Below, piece by piece: positions 8,380-20,804 of a stretch of 62,370 bases of DNA. The translations under genes and the position numbers were made by a program. The stretch's first letter is position 1; each line of letters starts with the position of its first letter. This DNA comes from Nanobdellati archaeon (GTDB lineage: Archaea > EX4484-52 > GLR71), in assembly GCA_019429125.1 (NCBI GenBank), contig JAHYJO010000006.1, positions 1 to 62,370 of the forward strand, written 5' to 3'. Under the pieces are notes generated by a model. That model searched no databases. It was not told the DNA's origin and saw only the letters and a list, made by a program, of their open reading frames with translations.

Positions 8380-11300
8380 ATGCACAGACACAGGTCTTTA
8401 ATTAGAAATAAAACTATCCTTTTGTCATCAGTTTTAATCATTATTTTATATTTGTCTTCTTTAGGTTTTGCAGTATCTGCAGGTCCTAAGATCTTGATTG
8501 TTGCAGATAGTGATGCAGATAATACAAATTATACATCTTATTATACTGATGCATTAGTTAGAAATAATTATAAATTTGGTACTGACTATGATATTAAATG
8601 GGTGTCTGGCTATGATAATGGTCCAACATATGAATTTATGTCAGATTATGATATCGTGATTTGGTTTACAGGGACAGATTTAGCAAACACTTTAACAAGC
8701 ACTGATATATCCAATATTCAAACATATCTTAATAATGGTGGTGCTCTTTTTATGAGTAGTACTTATGCTGCTTTTTTACAATATGAATCTTACCAAACAT
8801 TTTTTAATAACTATATGAATATTAAGAAGCCTACTGTGGGATGGTTAATAGAGTATGTTTCAAACTCCTATCCTTTAACTATTTATGGAACAAATCCAAT
8901 TTATACTAGTTCATTAAAATTTAATCATAGTGTATATTATCCTGCCAAAGTAATTTCTCGTGTAAATGCATCTAATGATTCTAAATCTTATAATTTATTT
9001 TATTTTAACAAAGATTCATCATTTAGTGATAATTCAAATCAAATATCTTCTTCAACATATAATACTATCGCAACAGCTTCAGACCTCCCGACACACAAGG
9101 TGGTATATTTTGGTTTGGGTTTTGAATCAATAATATCGCCATATAAGAGTATTAATAATGGGGGTGCAAATCCATCTGAAACAGATCATGCCATAGCCCG
9201 AGCAACTCTGATGAAAAACATAATAAATTACCTTTACACACCACTATCTTATATATCTTCTATATCTCCAGACCCGACAAAAGACAACATAACAATAACT
9301 GCAATATGCAGTGATAACGGACTTCTCTCAAACATAAATGCATCAGAATTTTATTTTAACACAGATAATTTAAGTGATGGCAACAACATCCAATTGACAG
9401 CGACAGATGGCACATTTAACACAAGTCTTGAAGAAGCAACAATAACAATTAACGCAACTGCCCCCCCCTATAATCTTGACGACGGCACACACACAGTATC
9501 AGTCCACTGTCAGGACAGCGCAGGTCACTGGAGTAAATATGATAACAAAACATTTATAATAAATCGCACAGTTCCGCAGACACCAGAAATAACTATAAAT
9601 AATGGTAATAACTATACAAATGATTATAATTTGAAGATCCACATCAGTGAAATTATAGGTTCTGGAACCTTTTCTATAGAACTATCCTGTAATGATATTG
9701 ATTTTTGGTCTGTGGCATTCTTCTATAATTATGTCTATATTAATTTAGATGATTATACATACGATGCTAACGGCTGCAATACAACAGATGGCCTAAAAAC
9801 AATCTATCTCCGTGCAAAAAGTGAGGCAGGTGTAGAGAACACAACCCATGCATCGGATTCAATAACTCTTGATACAATAAATCCTGAATTTATATCCGTT
9901 GATGTCTCAAACCCAGATAGCTATTACAAAGCAGGAGATAATATCTCATTGGACATTGATATGGGTGAAACGGACCTTATTCTTTATGCAAATACATCTA
10001 ATGTAGATGGCAATTTTACATTGCAACCTTTAAACGATGATGGTGACAATACATATAGCCTTAATATTTCTATGGTTTATGAGACAATGAAAGAAGGCAC
10101 AAAGACAATCAATCTCAAAGCAGAAGACCTCGCAGGCAACAGCCCTGGATGGTATAACTCTCTTCTTGTCACAATTGACAAAACCAAACCAAACATACCA
10201 TCATATTTTGAAAACAATGACGGTTACACAAACGACATGACACCTGAAATGGCTTTTAAACCACTAACCACAAACACTCCCGATTACATCTCATTTTCAT
10301 GTGATAATGATACATTTGATTCCTGGCTACCTTTTTCAAGCACAAGCAGTAACAGTTACAACAATTTCAACATAACAAACACTACATACGGTTGCTCACC
10401 AACAGATGGCGAAAGGACAATCTACATCCGTTCAAAAGACATTGCTGGAAACATAAACACCTCATTATCATATACAATAATTTATGACAGTGTCTTGCCC
10501 GAAATAGATAATCTTTTACCTTCTAATAAATCTAACATAACCCATAATACACAATTTTATGTAAATGTTTCAGATGACAGGTATTTATTCGAGGGGTACT
10601 ATGAGTCGACAGGTGATTCTATATTCATCCCTGTTATCTCACAAGGATTAACTTATGCAAATTACAGTTTTAAACCAACATGGTATGAAGATGATGGCAA
10701 CAAAAACATAATATTCCGTATTTATGATATGGCTGGAAATATATTACAATCTCTATATTCATACATGGTTGATAGCACAGCTCCAGAAACAGAAGATAAT
10801 TACACCTCATCTGATTGGGTAGGTTCCGACCAGCAAGTGTCATTAGACTGCACAGACTCCCAAAGCTATTGCAACACTACCTATTATTGTATATCTGAAA
10901 CTTCAGTTGGTGGATGTGAGCCAGAAAGCATAGGGAATAATGTTGATGTAGGTTGCACAATTGGCCATTCCTGTATAAAAATAATTTATTACTATTCTAT
11001 TGATAATTCAGGAAATGTAGAATCAATAGACTCAACAGAACAAATAAAAATTGATAAGACTCCACCAATAATAACTGTAACTAATCCGAAATCAGGAAAG
11101 ACTTATGCATCAACAGTTGACATATTTACAGATATAATAGATAGTGATAACGGAACAATATCATACGCAGACTACATAATCTACAATTCATCACAAGTAA
11201 ATATTGCAAACGGAAGTTTAAACAGCACAGACGGCTGGGTTGCTGAGTGGAACAGTTCTGATTATACAACAGGAACTTTTAATCTTACAATATTTGCAAA

Positions 11301-14300
11301 CGATTCATTGGGAAACAACATAACATACTCGCACCAATTCTCAATAGATAATGATTTACCTTCTGCAATTATATTTTACCCAAACGAGATTTACACAAAT
11401 GCAACATCCATAACTCTTAATCTGAATGCTCAGAAAGATACAGGTAATATTGACAACTGCTCTTACAACATTTACAATTCAAGTGGTATTCAGAACAATT
11501 CTGAAAAGATAGCTGTTGCCAGCCAAGAATGTATATTTGACAATTCTGTCGACATTTCCTCATGGGCTGATGGCAATTACAGCATAACTTTCACAGCAAT
11601 TGATTTATTATCAAATCAAGCTAACGACGTATCATGGTTCTATAAAGATAGAATAAAACCCGATGTCCATATCAACACACAGTTGAACAACACATGGAAT
11701 AAAGGACTGGTCAGCATAAACTATAATGCAACAGATGAAATGCAGATTTCTGCCTGCAAGACAAGATTCAAGAAGAACAGCACCACGCCATGGAGTAGTT
11801 ATACATCAATAGCTTGTGGTAATGAAAAGACATATCATTTTGATACGATACAATGCAGTGATACTTCTTCCAATGAATGCCTAATCGAATTTTATGCCGA
11901 AGATTCAGCAGGTAACACAAACAATTCACAAGTATTGTATCTAAATATAGATAATAGCCCGCCCCAAGTATCATTCACCTCTCCCCCTGCAACCTCCTGG
12001 TTCAATTCAAATTTTACAGTAGTTCATAATGAGACAGACCCTCAAGGTATGAATTGTTCATATAAAATAACAGGATCATCATCATCAGGCTGGAAGACCT
12101 TGACCTGCAGCCAAAACATATCAGTTAATATAAGTTCCTACTGCAACATCTCAGGCACAGCATGCATAGTCTACATAAACTCAACAAACAATGCAGGTAC
12201 TACTATTGAGACGTCCCGCACTTTCTACACCGACTTTGATGCACCTCAATTATCAGGTTTGACACACACCCCTCATGTTGCAAAAGATGGCACTGAAATC
12301 TACTTCAATGCAACTATATCAGACACTAACAGACCGATTGGTTCAGTAATTGCCTACATATTGAACACGACAGGTGAAGTGGTCTCTCAGATTCAGATGA
12401 CACAGATTAATCCAACATCAAAATATAATGGAACCTACATTGTAACAGGTTCAGAAACAGGAACATTTACAATCAACATAACTGCAAACGACACATTGGG
12501 AAACTTAGCTTATGACAACACAATAACCTTTCTTGTAAAGAACACACCACCAACTGCATCAGCATACAATCTGTCAGTTGATATTGATTCTAATTATGGA
12601 GACCGACGAATCCTCACAGGAGATCAAGTCACATTCTCTGTCAACCTATCCGATTCGATAGGTGTAGATTCGGCAATAATGACACTGAAACAATCTGGTT
12701 ATGATGGAGTTAACTATACGCTCACCCCTGAAAGTTATATTTTCACCTCTGATATCTGGTCGACAACAATAACTGACACAGCTAACAGAACAAATTACAG
12801 CATATACAATCTATATGTAAATGACACATTAGGGAACACAAAAATAATATCTCCGGAAACAATAAACCTTAATTTCATCTCAGTTGTACCACAGACCCAA
12901 ATAATTTTGGATTCATTAAGTAACACAACTATTGCAGAGACCACCGTACTCTTCAACCTAACTGTAAATTTCAACAAGACCATGTCTGACACAACATTTA
13001 CCGTATACATTCCTCCAAACACAAAGACCTCAAATACTTTAGTTCCTGCATACACAAATTCAACACCCTATCAGTGTATAGTTCCTGTAGGTACTTGCGC
13101 ACTAGAACCAACTTTTGACACAGCCAACAACACTATTTCAATAACTCTGAACCTGACGGGACCTGCAACAGAAGTTTCATTGATAACACAAAATATAAAA
13201 TCCAACGTTGAGTCAATAGACAAGGTCTACAACTGGCAAGTGATTTATGACTCGGTTGATTACGGAACCTCATCAAAGATAATAACACCTAACCTTAACA
13301 TAACATCAGTTAACTGTGACAATTCCTATCCTTGCCGCATCAATCAGAACACATCATTTAACATTTCAGTAAATGTCACAAATGAGTATGATATAATAAA
13401 CCACACAGGGAACTTTTACAATCTCTCAATCATCTATTCAATAGATGGAACTGACCAAACTATAAATCTAAACGACATATTCTCTGGCAATTCAAAGAAT
13501 ACAACCTTTTATGACTTGATTGAAGAACCAGGCACTTACAGTTTCACAATCTATGCAACAGACAACATTTCATCCTCATATTCAATAGATGAGACTTACA
13601 GCATCGAGATTGTAGACACTATGGCTCCAACATTTGTATCTGTGTATAGTTTTACAGGCAACATAATCTATCTTAATAAAACAAAGACTATGTATTATAA
13701 CCTAAAAGATAATGTGGGTATTGATACCGTTTGGGCAACAGTCTCCATGCCAGATTTATCAAAATCAAACATAACTATGGAATTTACAAGTGGAACACCA
13801 AAAGAAGGTCAATGGCAGTTAGACTATAATGAAACATCTCAATACGGTATCTATAATATCACTACAATATATGTAAATGACACAGAAAATAACACCCTAA
13901 CATACCTATCAGATTATACATTTGAAGTCAGGGATATGGATATTTCAATCTCATTGAATACGACATCATTGTCTGTTGAAGAAACCTTGCAGATAAATGT
14001 AACGATTGAAAATAACATATCTTCAATCGGATCAGTGTTAGCAAACATAACAAAACCGCGAGGTGCAATTGAACAGGTCACACTATCATTTATCAATATT
14101 TCAGACACTAACATAACATACTATTCAGGTACATATTCAAACATAACCCAATCAGATAATTACACAATTGAAGTTATTGTGTCTGCTGGTGGCGACATGT
14201 CTGAGACATCATCATTTTTTGCAGAGTACGGCACAGTAAATATAGTTTCTGCAATTGGATTAAACAACACTCTTATGATTCCTGTAGATAAGATCTATAA

Positions 14301-16953
14301 CCACAGCTGGTACATATACCCAGTCAAAGGTGACTTAGTAAATGTCAATGCAACTATGCATATAACAGATGAAACCTTATTGAACTTTTCAGTTTCAGAG
14401 ATTATCCTCAAACAGTTAGGGAATATATCTTATGAGACTTATAAGGGTGGTTATCTAATATCCTGGGAACTCAACACGACACAGATTGGACTATCAGATA
14501 TTGATGTAACTGTGTCTTCAACTTATTCAACAAACTTAACCTCAACAGAAATCAATGTAACTGTTGAAGATATAGAATACCCAGTTTTAGGAAATTATTC
14601 ATCTTATTCGATTGTAAATTTAAATGATATCCTTGCAATAACAGTTGATGCGCAAGACAACACTTTTGTAAAATCTGTAATAGTTGAAGTGACAGACCCA
14701 AACCATACAAAGACAAACGTGACTGCACAAATATCTGATATTGGTGAATACACAGCCATTTTTGAAAATACGACATATCTAGGTAATTATTCTTATGATG
14801 TTTATGTTTCAGATATATCAGACAATAATGTAACTTCGGTAAATTCTAAAGCATTCAATGTGACAGACATTTATCATATAGATATAGTGCCGAACTATGT
14901 AGTCTACAACAAAGGTGAAACCATAGATATCTATGTAATTGTCTATGATATAAACAATCACAGTGTATCTTCTTTCAACCTATCTTTAGATTTAGTAAAA
15001 GGTGATACTGTATTGCTTGTAAACAATACGATAAATTCTTCTGCACAATATAAAATTTTAACATCAGATCTTCCAACAGAATTGGACAAAGATAAATTTT
15101 CATTATATACATTTAATGCAAATGTCTCAAAAGATGGAAATTTAGGAAACATTTCATCAAGTGTAAATGTGACAAACCATTTGGTTACACGTTTTATAGA
15201 TTTATCTCCTGGTCAATATTATTCGTCCAGTTCAAAAGTGCCTGTGACAATTAGTGTAACAAACATACGTGGTGAAGAAACACAGGAATCGATTGTTTCA
15301 GTTGCATGTACTGGTTGTTTGCCAGAGAATGAGATAGATATTAAATCTTTAACAAAAATATCAGCTAATACCTATGTGAGTTTAGAAAATTTTATTGCAC
15401 CCTCATCGGAGAAAAATTTCTATTTAGATATTCTTGCAGTAGATATATATAAAAATGGTGATACTGATGCTAAGCCAACATCTATATTGCTCACGACTGA
15501 TTCATATTTTAATACTCAAAATAATGCAGAAGGTGCAGGTGGCGTTTCATCTGCAATATCTGATGTTCAAAATTTCATACAGAATCAGCTTGACAAAGTA
15601 TTCCAGATACCCACAGATGACTTTGTATTTACCTCAGATACAAAAATAAACATTATAACTGGCGAGACAGCAGAATCTCTTACCTCAATAGAGAATATAG
15701 GTGATACAGGTTTACACCTTATAGTTGATTACAACCTTGACTGTTGCACAGTTGACATGCTTGACAAGTTCACTCTTGAATTAAACGAGCGCCGTTCAAT
15801 CCCAATAACTATATCATCCAACCTTTCAAAAATTCCAGGCCGATATAAATTAGATATTGGCATAATGTCTGAAAACATCTCAAAAGAATATACAATAATA
15901 GTCAATCTTATACAGAATACATTAATAGTGCAACTGGATTCCTACAAACAAGATTATGTCCGGCTTAGGAATTTGATAGATGACCTTAATTTCTTAGGTA
16001 TTGATACCTCTTTATATGAAGAGTCATTACGATTCTCAAAAGATTTAATAGCAGACGCTCAAAAAGCAATAGATTCAAATGATATTGAAGAATTAGGTTC
16101 AATAAATACTAAGCTTGACAAAGGGTTAGGAAATCTTGACCGAGAACTTGCCGACAAAGAAAGTTTAAAATGGATTCTTGAAAATAAATATAGTATTGCA
16201 GGAACTGTAATAACTCTCTTGATATTGATATACTTATTGCAAGGATATTTTGTACCTTTCATATCTTTAACTCACGAGCTTAAAGAATTACACAAAAAAG
16301 AATCAAATCTTTCCTCTGAAGAAAAAGCAACAGAAAAAGAATATTTCACCCGTGTTATTGATAAACCGACCTTCAACAAGATAATGACTGAAAAACACAA
16401 AGCCCTTATTGATGCAAGAACTCACATAACACACCTGTCTGTATTGCGGTCACGTCTTATCCACGGTCATGCAATCTATTCAGATGAGATTAACAATGAT
16501 AAAATAATCAATGCTGCAACAAAAAAGAAATTACTCAAACATTTCAATAAAGAGTCATCTATTGTGCCTAAAAATGTAATATCTATGATCTCTGATTTAA
16601 AGAACAATGTAAATTTTGCGCCTAAAAAGTTAGTTTTAAATAATACTGGTTTGGGCACACAATTACAGAATCCTGCAATGTCTGAGAATCTAAAAAAGAT
16701 AAAGGCTGAAATACTGTCAGGTCCATTAGATGATATTGTGTCCGTTGATGTTTCAGAGTCAACAGAAATTCCTGACATGAAATCTTCTGAACCTCTCAAA
16801 TTACCAGAGACTCAAAAACAAGAATCATCTTTAACTCCTGATTTAGACACTGAAGCTGTCCCAGTCTCTGACATATCAGAAGATGCAATCCTGACAGATG
16901 ACTCCGAATTCAAGCGCCTTATGGCAAAACTGAAAAAAGACATGGCTGATTAA
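8380..16953 (+). CDS. Giant (2857 aa) cell-surface glycoprotein: signal peptide, GATase-like alpha/beta domain, many Ig-like domains, coiled coil, TM helix, cytoplasmic tail
   Basis: Sec-type signal; YDIVIWFTG..YLNNGGALF; repeated D.AGN / D.T.P Ig-like boundaries; dense N-x-S/T sequons; TM IAGTVITLLILIYLL. Confidence 0.9.
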   Translation: MHRHRSLIRNKTILLSSVLIIILYLSSLGFAVSAGPKILIVADSDADNTNYTSYYTDALVRNNYKFGTDYDIKWVSGYDNGPTYEFMSDYDIVIWFTGTDLANTLTSTDISNIQTYLNNGGALFMSSTYAAFLQYESYQTFFNNYMNIKKPTVGWLIEYVSNSYPLTIYGTNPIYTSSLKFNHSVYYPAKVISRVNASNDSKSYNLFYFNKDSSFSDNSNQISSSTYNTIATASDLPTHKVVYFGLGFESIISPYKSINNGGANPSETDHAIARATLMKNIINYLYTPLSYISSISPDPTKDNITITAICSDNGLLSNINASEFYFNTDNLSDGNNIQLTATDGTFNTSLEEATITINATAPPYNLDDGTHTVSVHCQDSAGHWSKYDNKTFIINRTVPQTPEITINNGNNYTNDYNLKIHISEIIGSGTFSIELSCNDIDFWSVAFFYNYVYINLDDYTYDANGCNTTDGLKTIYLRAKSEAGVENTTHASDSITLDTINPEFISVDVSNPDSYYKAGDNISLDIDMGETDLILYANTSNVDGNFTLQPLNDDGDNTYSLNISMVYETMKEGTKTINLKAEDLAGNSPGWYNSLLVTIDKTKPNIPSYFENNDGYTNDMTPEMAFKPLTTNTPDYISFSCDNDTFDSWLPFSSTSSNSYNNFNITNTTYGCSPTDGERTIYIRSKDIAGNINTSLSYTIIYDSVLPEIDNLLPSNKSNITHNTQFYVNVSDDRYLFEGYYESTGDSIFIPVISQGLTYANYSFKPTWYEDDGNKNIIFRIYDMAGNILQSLYSYMVDSTAPETEDNYTSSDWVGSDQQVSLDCTDSQSYCNTTYYCISETSVGGCEPESIGNNVDVGCTIGHSCIKIIYYYSIDNSGNVESIDSTEQIKIDKTPPIITVTNPKSGKTYASTVDIFTDIIDSDNGTISYADYIIYNSSQVNIANGSLNSTDGWVAEWNSSDYTTGTFNLTIFANDSLGNNITYSHQFSIDNDLPSAIIFYPNEIYTNATSITLNLNAQKDTGNIDNCSYNIYNSSGIQNNSEKIAVASQECIFDNSVDISSWADGNYSITFTAIDLLSNQANDVSWFYKDRIKPDVHINTQLNNTWNKGLVSINYNATDEMQISACKTRFKKNSTTPWSSYTSIACGNEKTYHFDTIQCSDTSSNECLIEFYAEDSAGNTNNSQVLYLNIDNSPPQVSFTSPPATSWFNSNFTVVHNETDPQGMNCSYKITGSSSSGWKTLTCSQNISVNISSYCNISGTACIVYINSTNNAGTTIETSRTFYTDFDAPQLSGLTHTPHVAKDGTEIYFNATISDTNRPIGSVIAYILNTTGEVVSQIQMTQINPTSKYNGTYIVTGSETGTFTINITANDTLGNLAYDNTITFLVKNTPPTASAYNLSVDIDSNYGDRRILTGDQVTFSVNLSDSIGVDSAIMTLKQSGYDGVNYTLTPESYIFTSDIWSTTITDTANRTNYSIYNLYVNDTLGNTKIISPETINLNFISVVPQTQIILDSLSNTTIAETTVLFNLTVNFNKTMSDTTFTVYIPPNTKTSNTLVPAYTNSTPYQCIVPVGTCALEPTFDTANNTISITLNLTGPATEVSLITQNIKSNVESIDKVYNWQVIYDSVDYGTSSKIITPNLNITSVNCDNSYPCRINQNTSFNISVNVTNEYDIINHTGNFYNLSIIYSIDGTDQTINLNDIFSGNSKNTTFYDLIEEPGTYSFTIYATDNISSSYSIDETYSIEIVDTMAPTFVSVYSFTGNIIYLNKTKTMYYNLKDNVGIDTVWATVSMPDLSKSNITMEFTSGTPKEGQWQLDYNETSQYGIYNITTIYVNDTENNTLTYLSDYTFEVRDMDISISLNTTSLSVEETLQINVTIENNISSIGSVLANITKPRGAIEQVTLSFINISDTNITYYSGTYSNITQSDNYTIEVIVSAGGDMSETSSFFAEYGTVNIVSAIGLNNTLMIPVDKIYNHSWYIYPVKGDLVNVNATMHITDETLLNFSVSEIILKQLGNISYETYKGGYLISWELNTTQIGLSDIDVTVSSTYSTNLTSTEINVTVEDIEYPVLGNYSSYSIVNLNDILAITVDAQDNTFVKSVIVEVTDPNHTKTNVTAQISDIGEYTAIFENTTYLGNYSYDVYVSDISDNNVTSVNSKAFNVTDIYHIDIVPNYVVYNKGETIDIYVIVYDINNHSVSSFNLSLDLVKGDTVLLVNNTINSSAQYKILTSDLPTELDKDKFSLYTFNANVSKDGNLGNISSSVNVTNHLVTRFIDLSPGQYYSSSSKVPVTISVTNIRGEETQESIVSVACTGCLPENEIDIKSLTKISANTYVSLENFIAPSSEKNFYLDILAVDIYKNGDTDAKPTSILLTTDSYFNTQNNAEGAGGVSSAISDVQNFIQNQLDKVFQIPTDDFVFTSDTKINIITGETAESLTSIENIGDTGLHLIVDYNLDCCTVDMLDKFTLELNERRSIPITISSNLSKIPGRYKLDIGIMSENISKEYTIIVNLIQNTLIVQLDSYKQDYVRLRNLIDDLNFLGIDTSLYEESLRFSKDLIADAQKAIDSNDIEELGSINTKLDKGLGNLDRELADKESLKWILENKYSIAGTVITLLILIYLLQGYFVPFISLTHELKELHKKESNLSSEEKATEKEYFTRVIDKPTFNKIMTEKHKALIDARTHITHLSVLRSRLIHGHAIYSDEINNDKIINAATKKKLLKHFNKESSIVPKNVISMISDLKNNVNFAPKKLVLNNTGLGTQLQNPAMSENLKKIKAEILSGPLDDIVSVDVSESTEIPDMKSSEPLKLPETQKQESSLTPDLDTEAVPVSDISEDAILTDDSEFKRLMAKLKKDMAD

Positions 16954-16956
16954 AGG

Positions 16957-18220
16957 TTAAGCATCCATTTTCCATAAAGGTATAAATTTTATATTGTCTT
17001 CAACTTTTTCAACATCTTTTGTAAGCAAGACCATTTCATGTATATCCTCACAGAAATTATCTCTGAGTTCCTTAAGTCCTGATATTTCCCTGTCTTCAAT
17101 ATCATTTGTATATGATAAATTTATTGCATCAAAAGAACCATCTTTATTCTTCATCACAAAATCAACTTCATTTTTATCTTTCCAATAATAAGGTTCTTTA
17201 TTTTTTTGGAAAAGTTCCGTAAACACAAGATTTTCAGCTAAACGACCTTCATCTTTTGAAAACCTGAAAGCTACAGCATTACGAGTCAATTATCTATACA
17301 GTATATCTTTCTTGGATTGACTTGCTGTTTTTTTTGAGAATAACTGAATATAGGAATTAGATATATAAGACCAATATCTTCAAGATATGATATATATTTC
17401 ATAAGTGTTTCCTTTCTTAATGCCATTCTTTTTTTATTGTATTATAATATGTATTTACACTGAATCCATAACTTCTGTTTGTTATGAAAAACTATGCAAG
17501 TTTCTTAAGTAATGTCACATTTCCAATCGCATATCATTCAACAAGATCTTTGTATATAAACATTTCAAAATAATTGATAAGTATCTTTTGTTTAAGTTCT
17601 TCTTTTTCAATATCAACTTCTGGAAATCCGCCATCATAAAGGTATATTTCAAACATTTTTCGGACTTTATACCTTATTTTTTCATACTCAAAATATTTAG
17701 TAATCTTTATGTCTTTAAAATCAAGAAATTCATTAAAATCTAAAGGATACATATTATATGTAATGGTTCTTCCTCTTAAGCTTGTTGCAATATCTTTGCT
17801 CAAAAGTTTTGAACTTGAGCCTGTAACGAAAATCTTAAATTTTTTCGTATCATGCAACCGTCTTATAAACAGTTCCCATCTATCTATATTCTGTATTTCA
17901 TCAAAGAAAAGGTATATATCCATTTCTATATTTTCAGGGTATAGTTCGAAATATGCTTCAATAATAGAATTCATTTCCTCTGCTTTTAAAGGTAGTATTC
18001 TTTCATCTTCAAAATTAATATACATAATTTATGATATGTCTGTATTTGTTCTAATTTAGTTTGTAATCTGATAAAAATAATATGTTTTTCCACTCCTTCT
18101 TGAACTTATAAGGCTTATCAACTTATTTGTTTCAGCCATTTTCAAGACTCTTTTTTTCACATCTAAAACAGGATTTTCCTGAAACTCTGTTATGAAACAT
18201 ATTTGAATAGTTATTTCATA
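16957..18220 (-). pseudogene. Fragmented AAA_14 + DUF4143 ATP-binding protein
   Basis: YINFEDER, YLFFDEIQN, VTGSSSKLLS.DIATSLRGR, GGFPE, GRLAENLVF, EVDFV, FIPLWK; broken into several frames. Confidence 0.88.
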
Positions 18221-18475
18221 TCTATAGTCTTATATAGAAGGTCAAATCGGTATAGATTTATACTTCTATACTATTCCACTATTCCTGTAAATCTAGTAGT
18301 ATTTTATCAATAGTCCTGAGCATATAAATCTGAGAATTTAGATTTATTATTATAAGGATCAATCTCTATTTTCAAAAACCACCCGAAATCCTTATTAAAT
18401 TTGGCGCCAAAGATAATCATAAACACAGCAAAAGCTTTATAATGTTTAACTACTGTATGGTTACAAGGTGTTAAT

Positions 18476-20572
18476 GTGGATAAAAGAATAGTTTTAATGT
18501 TGATTTTCCTTATTTCTCTTAATTTTTTTTTAACATCTAATGTTTATGCCAACAATCCCCCAAACGCAACAATAGAAAACATCACAGGTGCAGAAAACAC
18601 GAACATAACCTTTACCCTACCAACAACAGATTCAGATGGAGACCCATTGACATACTCATCTGATAACCCCAACATAACATGGAACGGCACACACCTCTAC
18701 TACGAAACCGATTACGACACAGTCCTCCACCCAAACCTGACAAAAACAATAACCGTAAACATCACAGCAGATGACACACTACTAACATACACACAAGAAG
18801 TAAACATAACAATAATTGATGTCAACCGTGCACCTTATTTTGTTTTATATCCTATTAATTCAGAATGTAATATATCTCAAGGTATAACATATACTACCGA
18901 AGATGCAGCCATAAACTGGACAGATTGTAACGTCAGCATGGATAATGTAATATTCGACCCCGATGGTGATGAATTATCTTATTCATTTTATGATTGGGGA
19001 TTTAGTCCATCTCGACTTTCAGTGGAACCTGAGTGCAAACAATCAATCTCTTTATTTCCCGAACCAGCATGTGCTTGGCGTCATGATTCGGTAACAAACA
19101 TGTTCCAATATAAAATTGCTGAGAATTACTTAGGTAATTGTTATACTTACATAAATATAACTGATAGTTATGGTCTTGTATACAGTAATGAATCTACGTT
19201 TTACTGGCAGATAACAACGGGTAATGTTTCCACACAAGATGCACCAATATTGGCCAAACCTTTACCTGTAATAACTTTATTTGAAGACGAATACAATGAC
19301 ACCTGGAATCCAATAGGTTATTTTAATGAATATGATTGTGAATCTCTGTCCTACTCAATCCAAAATTCAACAAACATATTATCCGACAACATAACCTGGA
19401 ATTTCACATCACTAAATGAAAACTGGTTCGGCGAGGAAAATCTAACTTTAACAGCTACAGACAACATAGAAGACATAACAGTTAATCTAACAGTCCGAAT
19501 CCTGCCCGTAAATGATGCACCGATATTATATACACCTGTACCAAACACAACATTTGACGAAGACACAAAAACACAAATAGATTTCAGCAAATATTTCAGT
19601 GATGTAGACAACGAAACACTAACTTACACATTGACTGCAAACACAGAGATATCAATTGAGTCAGTCACAGAAAACTTAATCACCCTAACTTCAACACCCA
19701 ACTGGAACGGTCAAGAAACAATAACAATTCATGCAAGCGACGGACAATACGAAGTTACAGACACATTCAAAATAACAATAAATCCTGTAAATGACGCACC
19801 AACAATTGCCACAATAACTGCTATGTCTGTATATGAAAGAGACAAGATATCACTCACTCCGATAGCAATAGACATAGACAACGATCCATTGACATATTAC
19901 ACAAACAATTCCAACCTAATATGGAACACAACATCAGCATCATTTGACTGGACACCAACCTATAACCAATCCGGAAACTACACAGTAAATGTGACAGTCT
20001 CAGACGGAATCATAAATGATTCAACAATAACGACAATTGAGGTCATAGACAAATATCACAGGAATGATATATTATTAGAGCAGGGCTGGAACCTGATATC
20101 ATATCCTTACACATTAGACAACACATCAGTCACAGACATTATGTCTAGTATAACTTCAGACTACACAATCTGGGCATACAACTCATTGACTAAAATATGG
20201 TCAGAATACGATTCTAATAAAGAACCACATCTAAACAACCTAACAGATATAAGTAACAAAGAAAGTTTCTGGATAAACATATCATTTGACGAAAACCTAA
20301 CCGTAATAGGCACAAGACCTGAAAGCATAACGATAGATTTAAATCAAGGATGGAATCTGATTTCATATCCACTGGACACACAGAAACCGATAAACACGAC
20401 ATTATCGCAAATTGCGGGAAAATACACAATCCTTTGGGAGTTTAATGAAGATACTGGCTGGGACTTGTACAATCCTGATGAATCAAATGTGTCAACAATA
20501 GATTATTTTATACCAGGATCTGGATATTGGATAAATATGACTGAATCCAAAACACTTATCTTCTCTTATTGA
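18476..20572 (+). CDS. Secreted/surface protein with cadherin-like (Big_9/tandem-95) repeats and two C-terminal GWNLIS repeats
   Basis: Signal peptide; DSDGDPLTY, PVNDAP, DVDNETLTY motifs; LEQGWNLISYP and LNQGWNLISYP..GSGYWI. Confidence 0.88.
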   Translation: MDKRIVLMLIFLISLNFFLTSNVYANNPPNATIENITGAENTNITFTLPTTDSDGDPLTYSSDNPNITWNGTHLYYETDYDTVLHPNLTKTITVNITADDTLLTYTQEVNITIIDVNRAPYFVLYPINSECNISQGITYTTEDAAINWTDCNVSMDNVIFDPDGDELSYSFYDWGFSPSRLSVEPECKQSISLFPEPACAWRHDSVTNMFQYKIAENYLGNCYTYINITDSYGLVYSNESTFYWQITTGNVSTQDAPILAKPLPVITLFEDEYNDTWNPIGYFNEYDCESLSYSIQNSTNILSDNITWNFTSLNENWFGEENLTLTATDNIEDITVNLTVRILPVNDAPILYTPVPNTTFDEDTKTQIDFSKYFSDVDNETLTYTLTANTEISIESVTENLITLTSTPNWNGQETITIHASDGQYEVTDTFKITINPVNDAPTIATITAMSVYERDKISLTPIAIDIDNDPLTYYTNNSNLIWNTTSASFDWTPTYNQSGNYTVNVTVSDGIINDSTITTIEVIDKYHRNDILLEQGWNLISYPYTLDNTSVTDIMSSITSDYTIWAYNSLTKIWSEYDSNKEPHLNNLTDISNKESFWINISFDENLTVIGTRPESITIDLNQGWNLISYPLDTQKPINTTLSQIAGKYTILWEFNEDTGWDLYNPDESNVSTIDYFIPGSGYWINMTESKTLIFSY

Positions 20573-20804
20573 ATAAAAAATAAGGCATAGTTCATTTTTT
20601 GAGTGATTTCAAACAAAATGTAGTTAATTAAATACCTTCATTTATTTTGTAATTCGACGTGAAATGTGTATATTAAATAGTTCTCTGCAAAAGTTTATAA
20701 ACAAACAATATTTAAAAAATATTCAAAATCACTCACTTTTTGAACAGTGCCAAAAATAAATAATCTATATATGAGACCTCTGCACAAATATATATCTGGT
20801 TAAG

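Noticed and set aside
8027-8401. ORFs 8027-8401 and 8038-8232 as protein genes or an intron-encoded endonuclease
   Set aside because: They overlap tRNA exons, lack LAGLIDADG or other nuclease motifs and look like chance frames
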